DNA from: the human T2T-CHM13v2.0 reference genome, Homo sapiens
Assembly: GCF_009914755.1 (NCBI RefSeq)
Contig: NC_060946.1
Direction: 5' to 3' (one strand)
Length of the DNA stretch: 64,000 nt
Positions 40,599 through 54,032 of the stretch are shown here, piece by piece; position 1 is the stretch's first letter; each line of letters opens with the position of its first letter. The notes under the pieces were generated by a model, which saw only the letters and a list, made by a program, of their open reading frames with translations, was not told the DNA's origin and searched no databases. The position numbers and the translations under genes were made by a program.

Positions 40599-41289
40599 TC
40601 ACGGGTGGAGCCAGGAAGCAAATCCAGGCCTCATCACGACAAATCTTGATTCTGACGTGTGAAGAGAGATGGTTACTGCCAGCCACGCCAGCCTCGCCAG
40701 CCTCGGGCTAACCTGCCCCAACCCTGGAGGATCCCTTCTACTCACCCAGCACAGCTGCAGCCAGGTAGAGCCAGCCATGTGCTAATTCCAGCTCTGAGTC
40801 CAGCCAGGCTGCCTGGTGGGGGAGACCTACTTTCTCCTTAGCCCCAACGCCTGCGCCTGTGAAGCGTGGTCCACACTGGATTCATCTTCTGGGGTTGCTG
40901 TGAGAATTGCGTGAGAATAAGTGTAGGTGCCCTGGCCCCCAGAGCCGCCCCCAGCGCAGATGAGCTTTTACGGGGACGACATAGGTTTCTGTTTCTCTGT
41001 CCTTGTGGTAATACTGGCAAATAATTTTGACACACCCTATTTAATCTCAAATGAAAGATGAAGGCTGGCTGCTTCTCTGCCCACCACCTCTCCAGGACTC
41101 ACCTGTGGTCCTGGAATGAGGCCGCCCTTGCTTGGGCCGCTGCCCAGCAGGCAGAGGTGCCCAGCACAGAGGCCTCTGCACACCCAGACATGGCCCAGGT
41201 TCTGATAGCCTGGCCAAGATCCACACAGCCCCCTGGGATGGGAACGACACTGGCCAAGCTGCGCGATTCCCCAGGAGGAGGAACGGGGT

Positions 41290-41510
41290 ATTTTTTAAAA
41301 TGGATACATAATAATTGTACATATCTATGGGGTGCGGAGTGATGTTTCCGCACATACAATGTGTAGTGATCAAATCGGGATGATTAGCACTTCCATCATT
41401 GAACATTTCTTTGTGTTCAGAACATTCGAAATCCTCCCTTCTAGCTTTCTGCGCACATGTCATGGTTTTGTCCGTTGCTGTCTTCCCCACAGGGGGACAG
41501 TGCATGGTGC
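41290..41510 (-). mobile_element. L1MA 3' fragment
   Basis: catAataattgtacatatctatggggt...acaatgtgtagtgatcaaatcggg...catttctttgtgttcagaacattcgaaatcctc. Confidence 0.85.
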
Positions 41511-43305
41511 GAGGTTTGCCTTCAGAGAAGTGAATCTCTGGGAAAACTTCCTGGAGAAGATGGCATCTGTGCTGGATCTCAGGAACCCGGGGTGACTTCA
41601 GCAGGGGACAGTGCTACGGAGAAGGTCTCCTGCAGAGGGCTGGGGAAGCCAGGGCCTAAGCTGGGGGGTCCTGGGCATGTCCAAGGCCTGGCGGGGCCCA
41701 GGGAAGGTGGCTTGTGCCCTCACAACGGAGGGCCTTGAATGCAGTGGGGGGTTCCCTCAAGTACCTTTGGCCGATCACCACTCTTGCTTTGGAGGGAAAA
41801 TGCAGAGTGTGCTCGCGTGATTCTGCACGGGAAGCTTCATTTTCAGTATGGGTGATTTGGGCATGGGATGAGGACCCCGTAGGGGATCCCTTCCTTAGCC
41901 GCAGGAGAGGAGCAAGGCTAGGAGGGAGGGGCTGGAAGCAGAGAGACCTGACGCCTGGATTCAGGCATCAGGGAGGGTATGGCCAGCTCTGTTCAGAGAT
42001 AGCTCACCTGGGTGAACTCGAGGCTGGTGGGGACCTTAGGAGGGACAGGAGGCCACCTTAGGGGGAGGGTGCTGTATTTGGACTGATCAATTCCTCAACC
42101 CATGAGTATTGAGTACCTCCTCTGGGCCCCATTCTGTGAGACCGGGTGTGGCCTTCTGGTTGACCCATCTCAGAAGCATTTTGCAAAGGTGGATGGATGC
42201 TCCTAGCCCCACAAGCTCTGGCCCTGGCATCTCTGTGGGTGCCAGGATGCAGAGGTGGGCTGCAGAGGCCCAGACTCTGCGGAAGTGCCCTCGCCTGTTG
42301 AGTGGAGCTGTTTCAGCCTAAGTGCCCTCCACCACTCGGAATGTGGATTAGCTCTGGAGAACTCATCTGAAATAGATATTTCTCTCCACCGCTGGAGGGA
42401 TTTATTGGCAACACTAGCCATCTATTAGCATTATCTGGGGACTCTGCACTGGTGAGAATAGATACTATAAATCTTAGTTGTATAAAAACCCAGGAGCTAG
42501 AAGGCTTTAGTGGACGGCAAATAGAAAAGTCCAATGAGTTCAGACCTGTTTATTTTACTTAGAGGGAAAGAACATTCCGTACCCAGCCAGGCAGGAAATG
42601 GGTTTTGGGGACGGCCACTTAGCCCAGCTGTTGGCCCTGAAACTGTGGGAGTAATCTCTGCCTGCAATTAGAGCAGGAGGCTCAAAGGACCGTGTTTGGG
42701 AGCCAGTGATGGAGTCCTGCGGAGAAGTGAGGCCTGGAACTTCAGGCGGCGGCTGTGGGGCCTCACGGGAAGGAGACTCTGCGGGCAGGCTGTGCGCTCA
42801 GCTCTCAGCCACCCGGTGCCTCGGATGGAGAGGACTGTGTGTCCTGGTTGCCTGGGACAGTCCCATGATGCCAGTCACCCTGGCATAATTAGCCATCGCT
42901 CCCTCTTTCTCTAAGTGTTGTGGCGTGGATGAGAAATTGTGATATTTACCAGTTCCATCTCTGACTGTCCATTGCTCCGCCTGCAATGGTAGATGATTCT
43001 GCTGCCCAGCTTGTCATCCTGGTCTTGGGGGGGCTCCGAGGAGTCCTCTCTGAGCACGAGCTTTGGGAGTTGGACCCTCTCCACTCTGTCCCTAAGCAGG
43101 ACCATATGAACCCCTCCCCTCTGTGGGACATAGAAGGAGCAGAGGTTCAGGGTGTGGGTGCCAGACCCAGTCCTGCTGCCTGCTAGCTGCTCACCTGTCA
43201 CCTCGGGCAAGCTCTTCACTGCTCTGAGCCTTAGCTTTCTGATCTGCAAAATGGACAGGATATGAGTTCCTATGCATGACAAGCAGAATTTCTAAACATG
43301 GACCT

Positions 43306-43732
43306 TGTATTATCTTCTTTTGGCTGCTGTTGCAAAATACCCCAAACAACCGAAATGTATCCTCTTATAGTTTTGGAGGCCAGAAGTCGGAAATCAAGGT
43401 GTTGTCAGGGCCACGCCCCCTCCGCAGGCTCTAGGGGAGAAGCTGTTCCCTGTCCCCTTCATCTCCGGGGTTGTGGGCAGTGCGTGGTGCTCCTTGGCTT
43501 GTAGGTACATCGCTCTGATCTTGGCCTCCGTCACCACGTGGCCTTCTGCCTGTGTCTCTGTCTGTGTGTCTCTTCTTGTAAGGACATCAGTCACACTGAA
43601 TGAAGGATCCACCTACTCCAGTGTGACCTCATTTTAACTAATTATATCGGCAATGACCTGTTTCCAAATGAGATCGCATTCTGAAGTTCTGGGAAGGACA
43701 TGCATTTTGAGGGAACAGGTCAACCCAGTACA
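43306..43732 (-). mobile_element. MLT1C-type solo LTR
   Basis: tgtatt...ggaggccagaagtcggaaatcaaggtg...gacctcattttaactaattatatc...caacccagtaca. Confidence 0.85.
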
Positions 43733-43739
43733 GCACCCT

Positions 43740-44235
43740 GAGGATGTTCTGTGCTAATCCCTGGAGCTGACGAAGATGAGATGTCATTCCCGGGCATATG
43801 TTCTGCTTATGCCCAGTCGACTTCATGGTAGGGAGACTAGCTGGGTGGGTCTGGTTTAATCAGGTGATGCCTTTAAAAAGCAGAGGATGTGCCCTCGTGG
43901 AAGGAGGAAGAGGAAGTCAGAGGGATTGGAAGCATGAGGTTCAATGTGCCGTTGAGAGTGTGAGGCTGGAAAAGGCCACATGGTGAGGAGTGTGACTGCC
44001 TCCAGGGGCACGGTGGCCCCAGCTGACAGCTGCCTAGGAACAGAGACCTCAGTCCAACAACTGTAAGGACTTGAGTGAGCTCAGAAGCACATTTCTCTCC
44101 AGAGCATCCAGACGGGACTCCACTGGGCTGGCACTTGCATTTTGGTCTTGGGAGAGAACCCGGCCACACCCTGCTGGACTTCTGACCTACAGAACTGGGA
44201 GCCAATAAACTGGTGGTCATTTGTTATGCATTACT
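43740..44235 (+). mobile_element. MLT1E-type LTR
   Basis: ccagctgacagc...gacctcagtccaacaactgtaagga...ggacttctgacctacagaactg...catttgttatgca. Confidence 0.75.
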
Positions 44236-47200
44236 CATGGGCTGGCTGGAAGGGTGATGAGTTACCTCAAGCAGAGTTGCGACCCTGGCTGGGAGCCGAG
44301 CCTGCATTATGACTGACCTCATGAGATTATTGTTGCTACAGACTCAGAGGACACCACATGGGCACCCAGAGAGTCACTTTGGGCCCATCCTGTCCTGGGT
44401 ATGGACAAGAAACGCCCCTTGCTCGTGAACTTGACCCGTTTTCCTGTCTCCCCTGGATTCCTTCCTCAACACCGAACCCCGAACACTCCTTGTGTCTCCC
44501 AAAATCCAGGCTCCCCATTGCCCTAGGGGTGAAGCTCATCCCTGGACTGGCATCCTTGGTCTTCCTGAGCACCCTTCTGTTCCCATGCCCTTGTCTCTCT
44601 TGGCCCCAGTGCCCTCCATCCAGCCACAAGAAACACGGGCCCTGCCCCATAGCCTCAGCCTCCCTCTCGCTCAGCTCACCATTCCCCTCTCCAGGAGCGA
44701 CCTGCCTGCAGCCTCTCTGGGCCACTGCCTCCCTTTTCGTGGTTCTCCCTCGTCTGGATGCCCCAGGGTGGCTGGAGACTGTGCCACATCCTCTTACTGC
44801 CCAGCAAGAGCCCAGGGTAGGCAGTGCCCAGAGCTTAGCCCATCCATCAGCTCTTCTGCTCTAGGACTTTGCATCTTGAGTGGTTGGGGGCAGGCGTGGA
44901 AGAAATGGGTGAGCTTTGTCTTTTCATTTATTTCCTGCACAATCCCCAAGGCCTGGGACGGTGCTTGGTCCAGGGTAGGGACACAGTGAGTCTTGGCTGA
45001 AAACAGCGTGGTTAATTTCAGCAGTGGTCCTGGGTGAGGTGGTTGAATGGCTCTTGCTGCTGGCCCCACCTCCTTGAGAGCCTCCTCAGCCCCAGATCCA
45101 CTTCCTTGGCCTTACTTCTGTCCTGTGACCCAAATGTCCTTCAGTAAGCTCCTTCTTTGTTTGCAGCAGTCGGAGTTAGTTTCTGGTGATTGCAGTCGGC
45201 CCCCAGCAGATCCCCAGGAGTGAGGGCCCCATGGACCCGGCATCTGGACACAGGAATACCCGAGAAACTCGAGCTGAAAGATCAAAGACAGGAAAGGTGG
45301 GCAAAGGCCATTGAGGGACTGCCTCCCTCAGTGAGGGGCTGTGACTAGCCCAGAGCCCCCAGCTGGGAAGGAGCAGGGTCCAAAGTGAGCTCAGGGCCAG
45401 TGCCTGTGCAGCAGCTGTCCACACAGAGGGTGCCCACTGCCCGAGCGCCTGGAAGAGCGGGCTCTGCATTCGCTTTTACCCGAGACCAGAGGAGAGCCCT
45501 CGGTGGTGCTCTGTGGCTACACACCTGCATTTTGGTCACACTTTCGGGTCTTTGTGGCCTCACATCCTCTCTCTAACGTGTGCTGAGTGGCAGGGCTTGA
45601 GTGGGGGGGCCCATGGGGAGGCCCCGCTGGGTAGCAGCACTGTTCCTGTCGATAGCGGCTGGAGGGGTATTGATCCCACTCATAAGCACACAGGAGCCCA
45701 CTCGGGCCCAGAGTCACATGGGGTGTTCAATACCCCTTCCCGCTAATGAGCAGCAGCTTCACCTGCTCGAAGCCTGGAGATGGGGCTCTGCTCCGTGGAC
45801 GCTCTGTGCAGATCCAGCCTCACGGCTTCACAACTTCACAACTTCATAGGTCACTTCAACACCCTCCTCCTTAAAGAGCAACACAGCAGGCTGGGTGCCT
45901 TGGAGCCGATTCTGAATTACTGTCCTTCAGAAATGTCAGAAAAGGATCCTTCCAAAACTCCTAGGACTTGCTAGAGACCCAGAAAATAGAACAGAGTTGT
46001 GTTGCCCCTCCCAGCCCTGGGTCCTTCCCTTCGCTCTTTCTCTCTCTGAGATGCAGACGTGAAGCAAGCCTCAGGACCTGAGACACAGCGCTGAGCCTGG
46101 GGCTGCTCCTTGGTGTGTGATCCCGATCGAGGCGCCATCCCTCTGGGCCTCAGTTTCCCCATCGCAAGGACCGAGGGCAGGACTTGGGACCTCCAAGGTC
46201 TCTTTGAGCCCCCTGGCACTGCAAATCTATCTTCCTCCCTTTGAGAAATGGACATGCCCTTTCCTGGGTGAGAGGTGACTCAGAAAACGGCAGCAATGAT
46301 TAATATTGATGCAGCTTCAAATGTTAAAAGTTAGAATTAAATTTAAAAAAAGGGAAAGGGTCACATGTAACCAATTAAACCACGACTTCTCCATGGCCTG
46401 TCTCCCACTTTAGGGGTAGAACAATCCTCGTATGGCTCTGCCATTAATCTCCTCCTCACCTTCCTCTACCGGGGAGCTAACGCTGGCTGCAAATTGAAGG
46501 GAAAGGAGAAATTGGCCGGTCGCAGACACATAGACTATCTCCCGTTGTGCAAATGCCAGGGAGGGGGAAGCACCAATCAATCTGCAGGCCGAAGACTGCA
46601 GACAGCTCTGGGAGGAGAGGGGGGCACACGCACCCCGGCTCGGGTGTGAGAATTAATGAAGGAGGCTGGGAAGATGAAAGAGCACGGGCATTTGAAATGA
46701 AGCCCAGCGGGTTGCGGGAGTTCAGGATGAATTTCAAAATGCAGAGATTGCAGGGTCATGGACTAATTACCTTGCAAGGATGGGGCTCAATGGTCGTGTC
46801 TGTGCAACTCCAAATGTCCAGGTAGGAAGTGGGAAAGGCCGCCTGCTGGGACCCACCCATCTTGCAGGGCGGGTGACTGCCCAGACCCCGCCTGCCACAC
46901 CCAGTGCTGCAGCAGCAAGTCCTGCCCTTGACATGCATTTTTTCTGAGTCCCAGATTTATAAATCAGTGGGTTTGTGGGGACTCCAAGCCTCCTGAGGGC
47001 TCTTGGACCGCCCTGTCCTGGAGGGCTGAGAAGCCAGGCACAAAGCTCCTCCCCTCGTCTCTGAGTCATCCCGTGGGTGGACAAGACGTCCTAGAGATGT
47101 CTTGTAACCTCCTTGCATAGATTTCAGGGGTCGGCGCTGCCTCCTGAGGGTGCCCCGCCCCCACCCAGCCCTGGTTTCTGGTGTTTGTCCTCCATTCCTC

Positions 47201-47769
47201 CGTTGTGTGCTGCCTGGCCCTGCGCTGTCCTCCGCGTGGAGGACCTCACTCCCATGACAGCACTGTGAGGAAGGCTCTAGTCTCACGTCCACATTAGAGA
47301 TGGGAAGACTGAGGTTCAGAGAAGGTAGGATGCCCAGCTGGTCGTTGGCAGAGGCAGGCTCCAACCTTAGGAGTTTCCTGTACCCCTAACCACTGTGCAG
47401 TGCAGCTGTGCCCGGAGAACTCAGCAGGGGGTGCTGGTGGTGGCTGCCGGTGGGCAGGTGACGCAGAGGAGCCCTTGGCTCTGAAGATGGAGCAGGTGCC
47501 TGCTGGGAGCTGGAGGGCCTGGGGAGGGGCATTTTCCGGGCAGAGGGAACAGACAGTGTGGGGCTCAGAATGAGAGAAATGACGGCGAATTTGGGCGGGT
47601 TTGGGTGGCACAAGGGGTGGGTGACGTGGGAGATTCAGCCCCAGATAAAGTGTGGGGGCCAGATCAGGAAGGGCTCAATGTCCTTACTAAGAGGTAGGAC
47701 ATTCTCTGGGACCTGAGGTGCCCTGGGGTAACTCAAGGCACGCATGGGGTCCTGGTCGGGACTTTCGGA

Positions 47770-47835
47770 GGCCCCTCCAATCTTTAAGTGTGTTTCACGA
47801 AGTTCATTTTTTTTTTCTTTTTCCTGAAATTCAAG
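47770..47835. repeat. 66-bp dispersed duplicate, copy 1 (within L2-like sequence)
   Basis: ggcccctccaatctttaagtgtgttt...tttcctgaaattcaag, near-identical to 48606-48670. Confidence 0.92.
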
Positions 47836-48020
47836 CACTTTAGGAGGCTTTTCCTGGTGGCCACTCCGTGGAGGAGGCGGGAGGAGCCAGGGCTGGAGAG
47901 GCTGCCTGCATGATGGACTCAGGAGGGATTTCAGTGACCATGTTATAAGGACTCAGGGGCTGTCCTGGGGCCTGGGGTAGGTGTCATAATCTCCATAAAC
48001 ACCCTGGTGCTTATGGTTTC

Positions 48021-48411
48021 TGTGTCAGTTAGCTACTCATGTGTAACAAACGTCCCCAAGTTTCTTTCTCAAAATCAGCATTGCTCATCATTTCTCTGCA
48101 CCCCAGGTCTGCTTGGCTGGTCTGGGCCAGGCTACTCCGGTCCTGGCTGGGCTCGTTCAGGCATCTGGGGTTGAAGGGTGGTCAGCCTGCTTCTTCTCCT
48201 GCTTCCTCTGGCCCCATCCTCCTGCAGGTGAGACCTGGCTATCTTCACGGCAGCCAGGAAGGACTCGGACAGGGAGTGGAGAGTGTAAGGCCCTTTGAGG
48301 CCAGGCTCAGAACAAGCGATGTCACTTTTGCTGAATTATTTTGTCCAAAGCACATCACAAGGTCCACCCATATTCAAGAGGGAGAAGCTGCCAAGTCACA
48401 TTGCAAGGGGC

Positions 48412-48444
<33 letters not shown>

Positions 48445-48490
48445 TCTGTGTGTGTAATATTTGGGCCATTTTTGCAAACCATCTCCCATG
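48021..48490 (-). mobile_element. MLT1H-type LTR with internal (TG)n (48412-48455)
   Basis: tgtgtcagttagcta...gtaacaaac...ttgaggccaggctcagaac...gccaagtcacattgcaagggg. Confidence 0.75.
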
Positions 48491-48605
48491 GCTTTTGCTG
48501 TCCCCTGCAGACACGTGTAGGCAGTGGGTTCTCACAGCCTAGAGAAGGGAACCCCTGGATGCGCCGGCCTGGTCAGGGGTAGCTCCTCAAGGGAAGTGAC
48601 ATCAG

Positions 48606-48670
48606 GGCCCCTCCAATCTTTAAGTGTGTTTTACAAAGTTCATTTTTTTTTCTTTTTCCTGAAATTCAAG
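48606..48670. repeat. 65-bp dispersed duplicate, copy 2
   Basis: Differs from copy 1 by 2 substitutions and 1 T in the T-run. Confidence 0.92.
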
Positions 48671-51199
48671 GCTCATTAAACTTTTTTTTTTTTTTTTAAA
48701 CCCAGCATGGCGGAAAGCAGGCTGCCCCATGTCTCAGATGAGTGTAGGAGCGGGCCAGTTGCAAATTCATAATTAAAGGAATTTGACAAGAATCAAAGAA
48801 GACTGGTTTCCACTGGAGGTTTGGGGAGTTAATTACCGGTTCATACCCTGCCATAATGGGTGTGTGTGAGACATTTGAAGTGGGGAGGGCTGGGAATTCG
48901 CTGGGAAAATGCAGTGAAAATGTGTGTGCCAATACTGATTGTGTGATTTGTGGGTCCACCCACAAGACATCTTAGAGATGAGGGAAGGAGCTTTGTGCCT
49001 GGCTTCTCTTGTTTTCAGAAACATCATTTTCCAAGAGGCCCCGTTGCGTGGCCCTGGAGAGCAGGGTTCACAGAGTGGCCTCCTCCCACCCCACCCCACC
49101 AGGTCCCCAGCAGGACCTTGGGGCAAGCGGGATGTTGGAAGGAGTTGATGATGTGGAGTAAAGGTGGCATTGGGCTCTGGGTATGCACAAAAAGGCCTTT
49201 CTGCTTTTTGGGTCTCTACGGCCCAGAGACCAGGTGGAACCAACCACTGGGCCCTCTGCTTCCGGAATCTTCCTTCAAAATGGCTCTGCTTGCTCTTAGA
49301 GGGAAGCCATGCCTGAGGGCGGGTTACTGGAGGGTGCCAGGCGCCTGCCGACCTTTCTGGGCCACACGTACTCCTGCGCTGTCTTTTATCCTGGGGCTTT
49401 CTTCCTGCTGGCTCTGCCGCCTGCCACACTCTGGGAGGCTCATTTGCGTCCCCCCACCCTTCTCCCACCCCAAGACCAGGAGGCTAGCAGTCCTGCCCTG
49501 CTCTCCTCTGTGCTCACAGCCCAGGGGACAGGCGCCTGCTTGCACCTCCAGCCTGGGCTGCACGAGGCTTGGCTGATTGGCCGCCTGCCACAGAACCACC
49601 CGCAGAACCAGGCGGCCAAGCTGCAGGTGACCAGTTGGCCCAGAAGCATAAGAAACGCATCTAGGCAGAAGCTTCTGGGTTCTGGAGTCATTTGTCACGC
49701 AGCTAAGGCTGACGGATATACCTGGTTATGACCTATTCACCCTTTAGGTCTCACCTGGCCCTTGTCCTACTGTCTTCTCAGCACTTTTCTCTGTGTCTGT
49801 GTCCCCAGCTCCCCTGCAGTCCCAGTGAGTGAGGACAGCCTCCAGCCTCCTCTTGCGCTTGTGTTCCGTGGCGCCTGGTGCTGCTGGTGGCTTCATGAAT
49901 GCATGAAGCCAGTGGGTGCGTGAGGGCCCTGGGTGGGAGGAGCCCGGCTTTGGAGTCATCTTGGGTCTGACGTCCACTCTGCCCTTTGCTGTGCGACCGT
50001 GGACAAGTCACTTATCCTACCTGAACCTCAGGTTTCTCGTGTGAACATGGGGGTAACCACCCCAGGTTTCGAGGTGAGGTGCTGTGTGCAAAAGGCCAGG
50101 CTGAGAGCCGGGCACAGAGCAGGTTCCCGACACGCCATACTCTCCCTCTCTTTGCAACCCTACTCTGCATGAGGCCACCCCTGCCTGTTTGCGCTGTGAA
50201 CCCACCTGTCCACGTCTCTCTGAGTCTCACTTTCCTCACCTGCCAAGTGTGGGAGTGATGATGACAGCTACTTGTGCTGCTGAGGGTGAAGCAGGGTTCT
50301 TGCTACTGCAAGGGAGCCCTGGGCTGCAGGTCACCGGTCTCCAGCCACCTCTGTTGGGCCTTGGTCTTCTGGCTTCACTTCTGTCCTCCCCACCCGCTCT
50401 TTCTCTGCTCCAGAGACCCCCATGCCTCGGATGGGCATAACGGAAGCCGTGGGCTGTCCCCTCTCTTGACCGTTCCATCTCCAGCCACCCCTCAGCTCTC
50501 ACCTGGGCTTTCCTGACCCACTCTTGTGAGGACAAGGATCTGCCAACATTCTGGGGTACATGTGCTTATTCCAACCTTCAGAAGGTGTTTGTTTAGTCAC
50601 CCCTTCCTCACCAGGTGCATGTGGGGGTGAGGAAGACCACAGCACGTGGAGGGGGACACCAAGCGGCTAGGACCCTGTGGACAGGGTGGCTGGGACAGCT
50701 GCCTCTAACTGGGCAGGGCCTGGCGTCCTCCACGGTGGACCTGCCACCTGCCCCAGCCCAGCCTCACCGGGGAAGGGGCCAGCCAACCCCAGCCCCTCTC
50801 TTGGGGGCCTCTGCTTTCTCTGGCTGGGTCCAGGGTCCTGTTGCCACCTTTGGCCAGAGCTCCCCTTCATGATGTCCCCTCATCTGGGCCACATGGAAGG
50901 AAGGACTGACCACCTGGTCCCATCCAGACCATGTTACTCACCTCTCTGTGCTTCAAGTCTTTCATCTGTAAAGGGAGACCCACAGGTCCTTCCTCAGTGG
51001 CGCTGGGAGGCCGATGAGTTAATCAAGGAAGGTACTGGGCACAGAGTGGGCACAGAGCAAGCGTGGTGCATTTGCTGTGATTTTCCTGGTGACATGAGCA
51101 TCTTCCTTGTATTTCCTGCAAATGGAGGTCTGCACGCTCTGCGCCTGGGGCCTGCCAGCCCTGGGTACCTAGGAATAAGTTGTGATGTGGGGCCTAGAC

Positions 51200-51730
51200 C
51201 GGATCCTACTAATTTCTCAAAATAGTTATTTTCTGGATGCAAAGGTAATGCATGCTCCTTATATGATGCCTGGAAAACACAGGGGGCAGCCAAAAGAAAA
51301 AAAAGCCTCTTGCATTTTCACTTCCTACTGACAACTGCTAACGTTATCTAAACCTCTTTCTGGTTTTTTCTCAAATGCCTTTGCTTGAGCACGCACTCAT
51401 GCAATATATACCGATGTTGAAAACTTAATTGCAGGTGATTTGAGATTGCACTTTTCACTTTATTGTATCATATTTTAAAGTTTTCTCATGTCACATGCAT
51501 TTGTCCACAGCCTGAGTTATGATGGCTGCAGCCATCCGTCTTACGGATGTGCCATTTAAATGACTCCTCCTGTTTTACTCTTATAGAGATAGCTGATGTG
51601 ACTGCCTTCTAGTACATTTTCATGCAAATTCATGACAGTCTCTCCAGGGTAAATTCTTTAAAGTGGATACACTGGGATGAAAAGTATGTACATTTACAAT
51701 ACTTTTGATACAAACTGCTCAGCTGGTCTC
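51200..51730 (-). mobile_element. Old L1 (L1ME-like) 3' fragments
   Basis: aaaggtaatgcatgctc...acaactgctaacgtt...gggtaaattctttaaagtggatacactgggatgaaaagtatgtacattt. Confidence 0.6.
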
Positions 51731-52459
51731 CAGAAAGCAGTAGTGGGGCGGGATGCCCTCTCTCCCTGGCCCCTTCTGCAGTGGGCAGCAGTGTGAACCA
51801 GGAAGTCCAAGTATATTACACACAGCATCACTGTGGTAAGCCTGGAAGACGTGGGCTTACTGTGTCTGCAGTCGCTCCTACAAGCTGGAGCTAAGGCCTC
51901 AGGCTGCAGCAGGGCCAGGGGGCATAGGGATGGGGACACCGGCCATGGCAGGAGAGGCCTGGAGGAAACGCAGATCTGTGGGTGGAGACAACGATGGAAT
52001 CCAGGTGGCAGGACGTGCTGGGGCTATTGATGTTTACAGAAAGCTCAAGGGCTGGCTGTTAGAACTGGAGCCCCATGCAGGCTGAGAGCAGGGCACATGA
52101 TGAGACAGGCAGGGTCACTAGAGGGGCTGGCTTGAGCATTTGGCAGCTGCTGCGCATTCTAGTTCGACCCACTCCCCTTGGGGGCTTTGGGCTCACTGTG
52201 GCTTGGGTGTGGAGGGTAAAATATAAAAGGACTTACTGTCTAGACTTCTTGTTTGGATTTAATAATATAACAGGGAGGAGGTCCCTCGCGCTGTGTCTTT
52301 CCTGATGTGCGGCTCCTACCCACCGCTTGTCACCAATCTATGGTCATTGGAAGCCCCAATCAGATGCCAGCTCCACCAGCCACCAAAATGGTCCTGGTGA
52401 AGTCCTGGGCTATGTCTTCTGTGACTTCCTTTTGGTGGGCAATTGTGAGAGTGCATGCA

Positions 52460-52890
52460 AAGCCCCCCATTCACTCATCCATCTGTCCATCTACTATTCT
52501 TCTATCTATCCATTCATCATCCATCCATCCATCCATCCATCCATCCATCCATCCATCCAGTCATCCATCCACCTGTCCTATCTATCTATCCATCCATCCA
52601 TCCATCCATCCATCCAATCATCCACTCACCCATCCTATCTATTCATCCATCCATCCATCCATCCATCCATCCATCCATCCAATCATCCACCCACCCATCC
52701 TATCTATCCATCCATCCATCCATCCATCCATCCATCCATCCATCCTATCCATCCATTTATCCACCCGTCTACCTTCTATTCATCCATCAATGCACCCATC
52801 TATCTATTTTTCCTTCCATCCATCCATCCATCCATCCATCCATACATACATACATACATCCACCCATCCACACATCCATCCATCCACACA
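52460..52890. repeat. (CCAT)n/(CTAT)n/(CATA)n compound microsatellite
   Basis: ~430 bp of ccatccatcc with tatctatc and catacata blocks. Confidence 0.96.
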
Positions 52891-53804
52891 TTCAATCTCC
52901 ACGTAGTGGTGCCCACTCTAAGCCAGGGACTGGAAGCCTGGAGATGCCCTCTGGATGTCTTAGAAAACCCAGGACTTGATTCCTGAGAACTGACCTATAT
53001 ATGCTTATGTGGCTTATGGAGCACTGATGCCAGGCCTGAGTAGAGGGTGGGAGGCTGGGTCTTCCTCTGGGAGAACAGGTCCATGGAGGGCAGCACCCTA
53101 AGTGTGCACGTGCCTCTCTCTTCCTGCCCTACTTCTCTCGAGGGTGTAGAGTTCCTGTAAAACCAGCAATGGTGAGTTCCATCCTCACGGCCTTCTCCAC
53201 AAGGCTCCTCTGCCCCAGGGGCACACCCACCTCCTCCCCATCCTGGGGATGGATGAATGCAGCTCCCCCTGCAGCTCAGCTGCCCCAAACCACAGGGGAC
53301 AGAGGGTGGGAGCAGGTGCCTGCACTCAGGCTGCCTGTCCCCTGGAGGGCCCCTAGTTGTGAGATGCAGACCTTCCAGTTTGCTACTGTCTCTGGGGAGT
53401 GGGTGGGGGTGGGAAGGGGAAGGGACATTTTCCCAGGCCCAGGACACTTGGGGACGCCTCTGCAGGCCAAACTCTAAGCTCTGCCACGTGTGGCTGCGGC
53501 CGATGATGGAGCTCTAAGGCTTCTCCTGGTGCAGCAGAGACAGTGCCACACACCCGGCAGGCTGGTGGGGCCACCAGGTGAGGCATAGCTCCCAGAGAGG
53601 AGAACAGTGTAGGGACCAAGTACAGTGAGGCTCAAAAGGAAGACTAGACAAGGCTGCCTGACTGGGTGAGTGGCCTGTCCAGCTTGTGGGCCGCCCGTGC
53701 TGTGCGTCCAGCTCACCTGCCCCTGTCAGACAGGGAGCACCACACGGCTCTTTAGGGATAGGTACGGCCGTGGCTCTGCACAGCCAAGGAAATGCAAGTG
53801 GAGA

Positions 53805-54032
53805 CCGTGCGTGGTATGTGGTGTGTGTGGGGAGCATGTGTATATGGGATGTGTGTGGTGTGTGTGTGGGGGGGTATGTGTGCCTGTGATATGGTGTGTG
53901 GTATGTGTGTATGGGGTATATGTGCATGTGATGTGATGTGTGTGTGAGGGGTATGTATGCATGTGATGTGTGTGTGGTGTGTGTGTGTACGGGATATGTG
54001 TGCATATGATGTGATATGTGTATTGTGTGTGT
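53805..54032. repeat. Degenerate (TG)n tract
   Basis: gtgtgtgtgg...tatgtgcatgtgatgtg. Confidence 0.92.

Noticed and set aside
47081-47105. 10-bp hairpin ACAAGACGTC/GATGTCTTGT
   Set aside because: Short and imperfect; no miRNA-length stem
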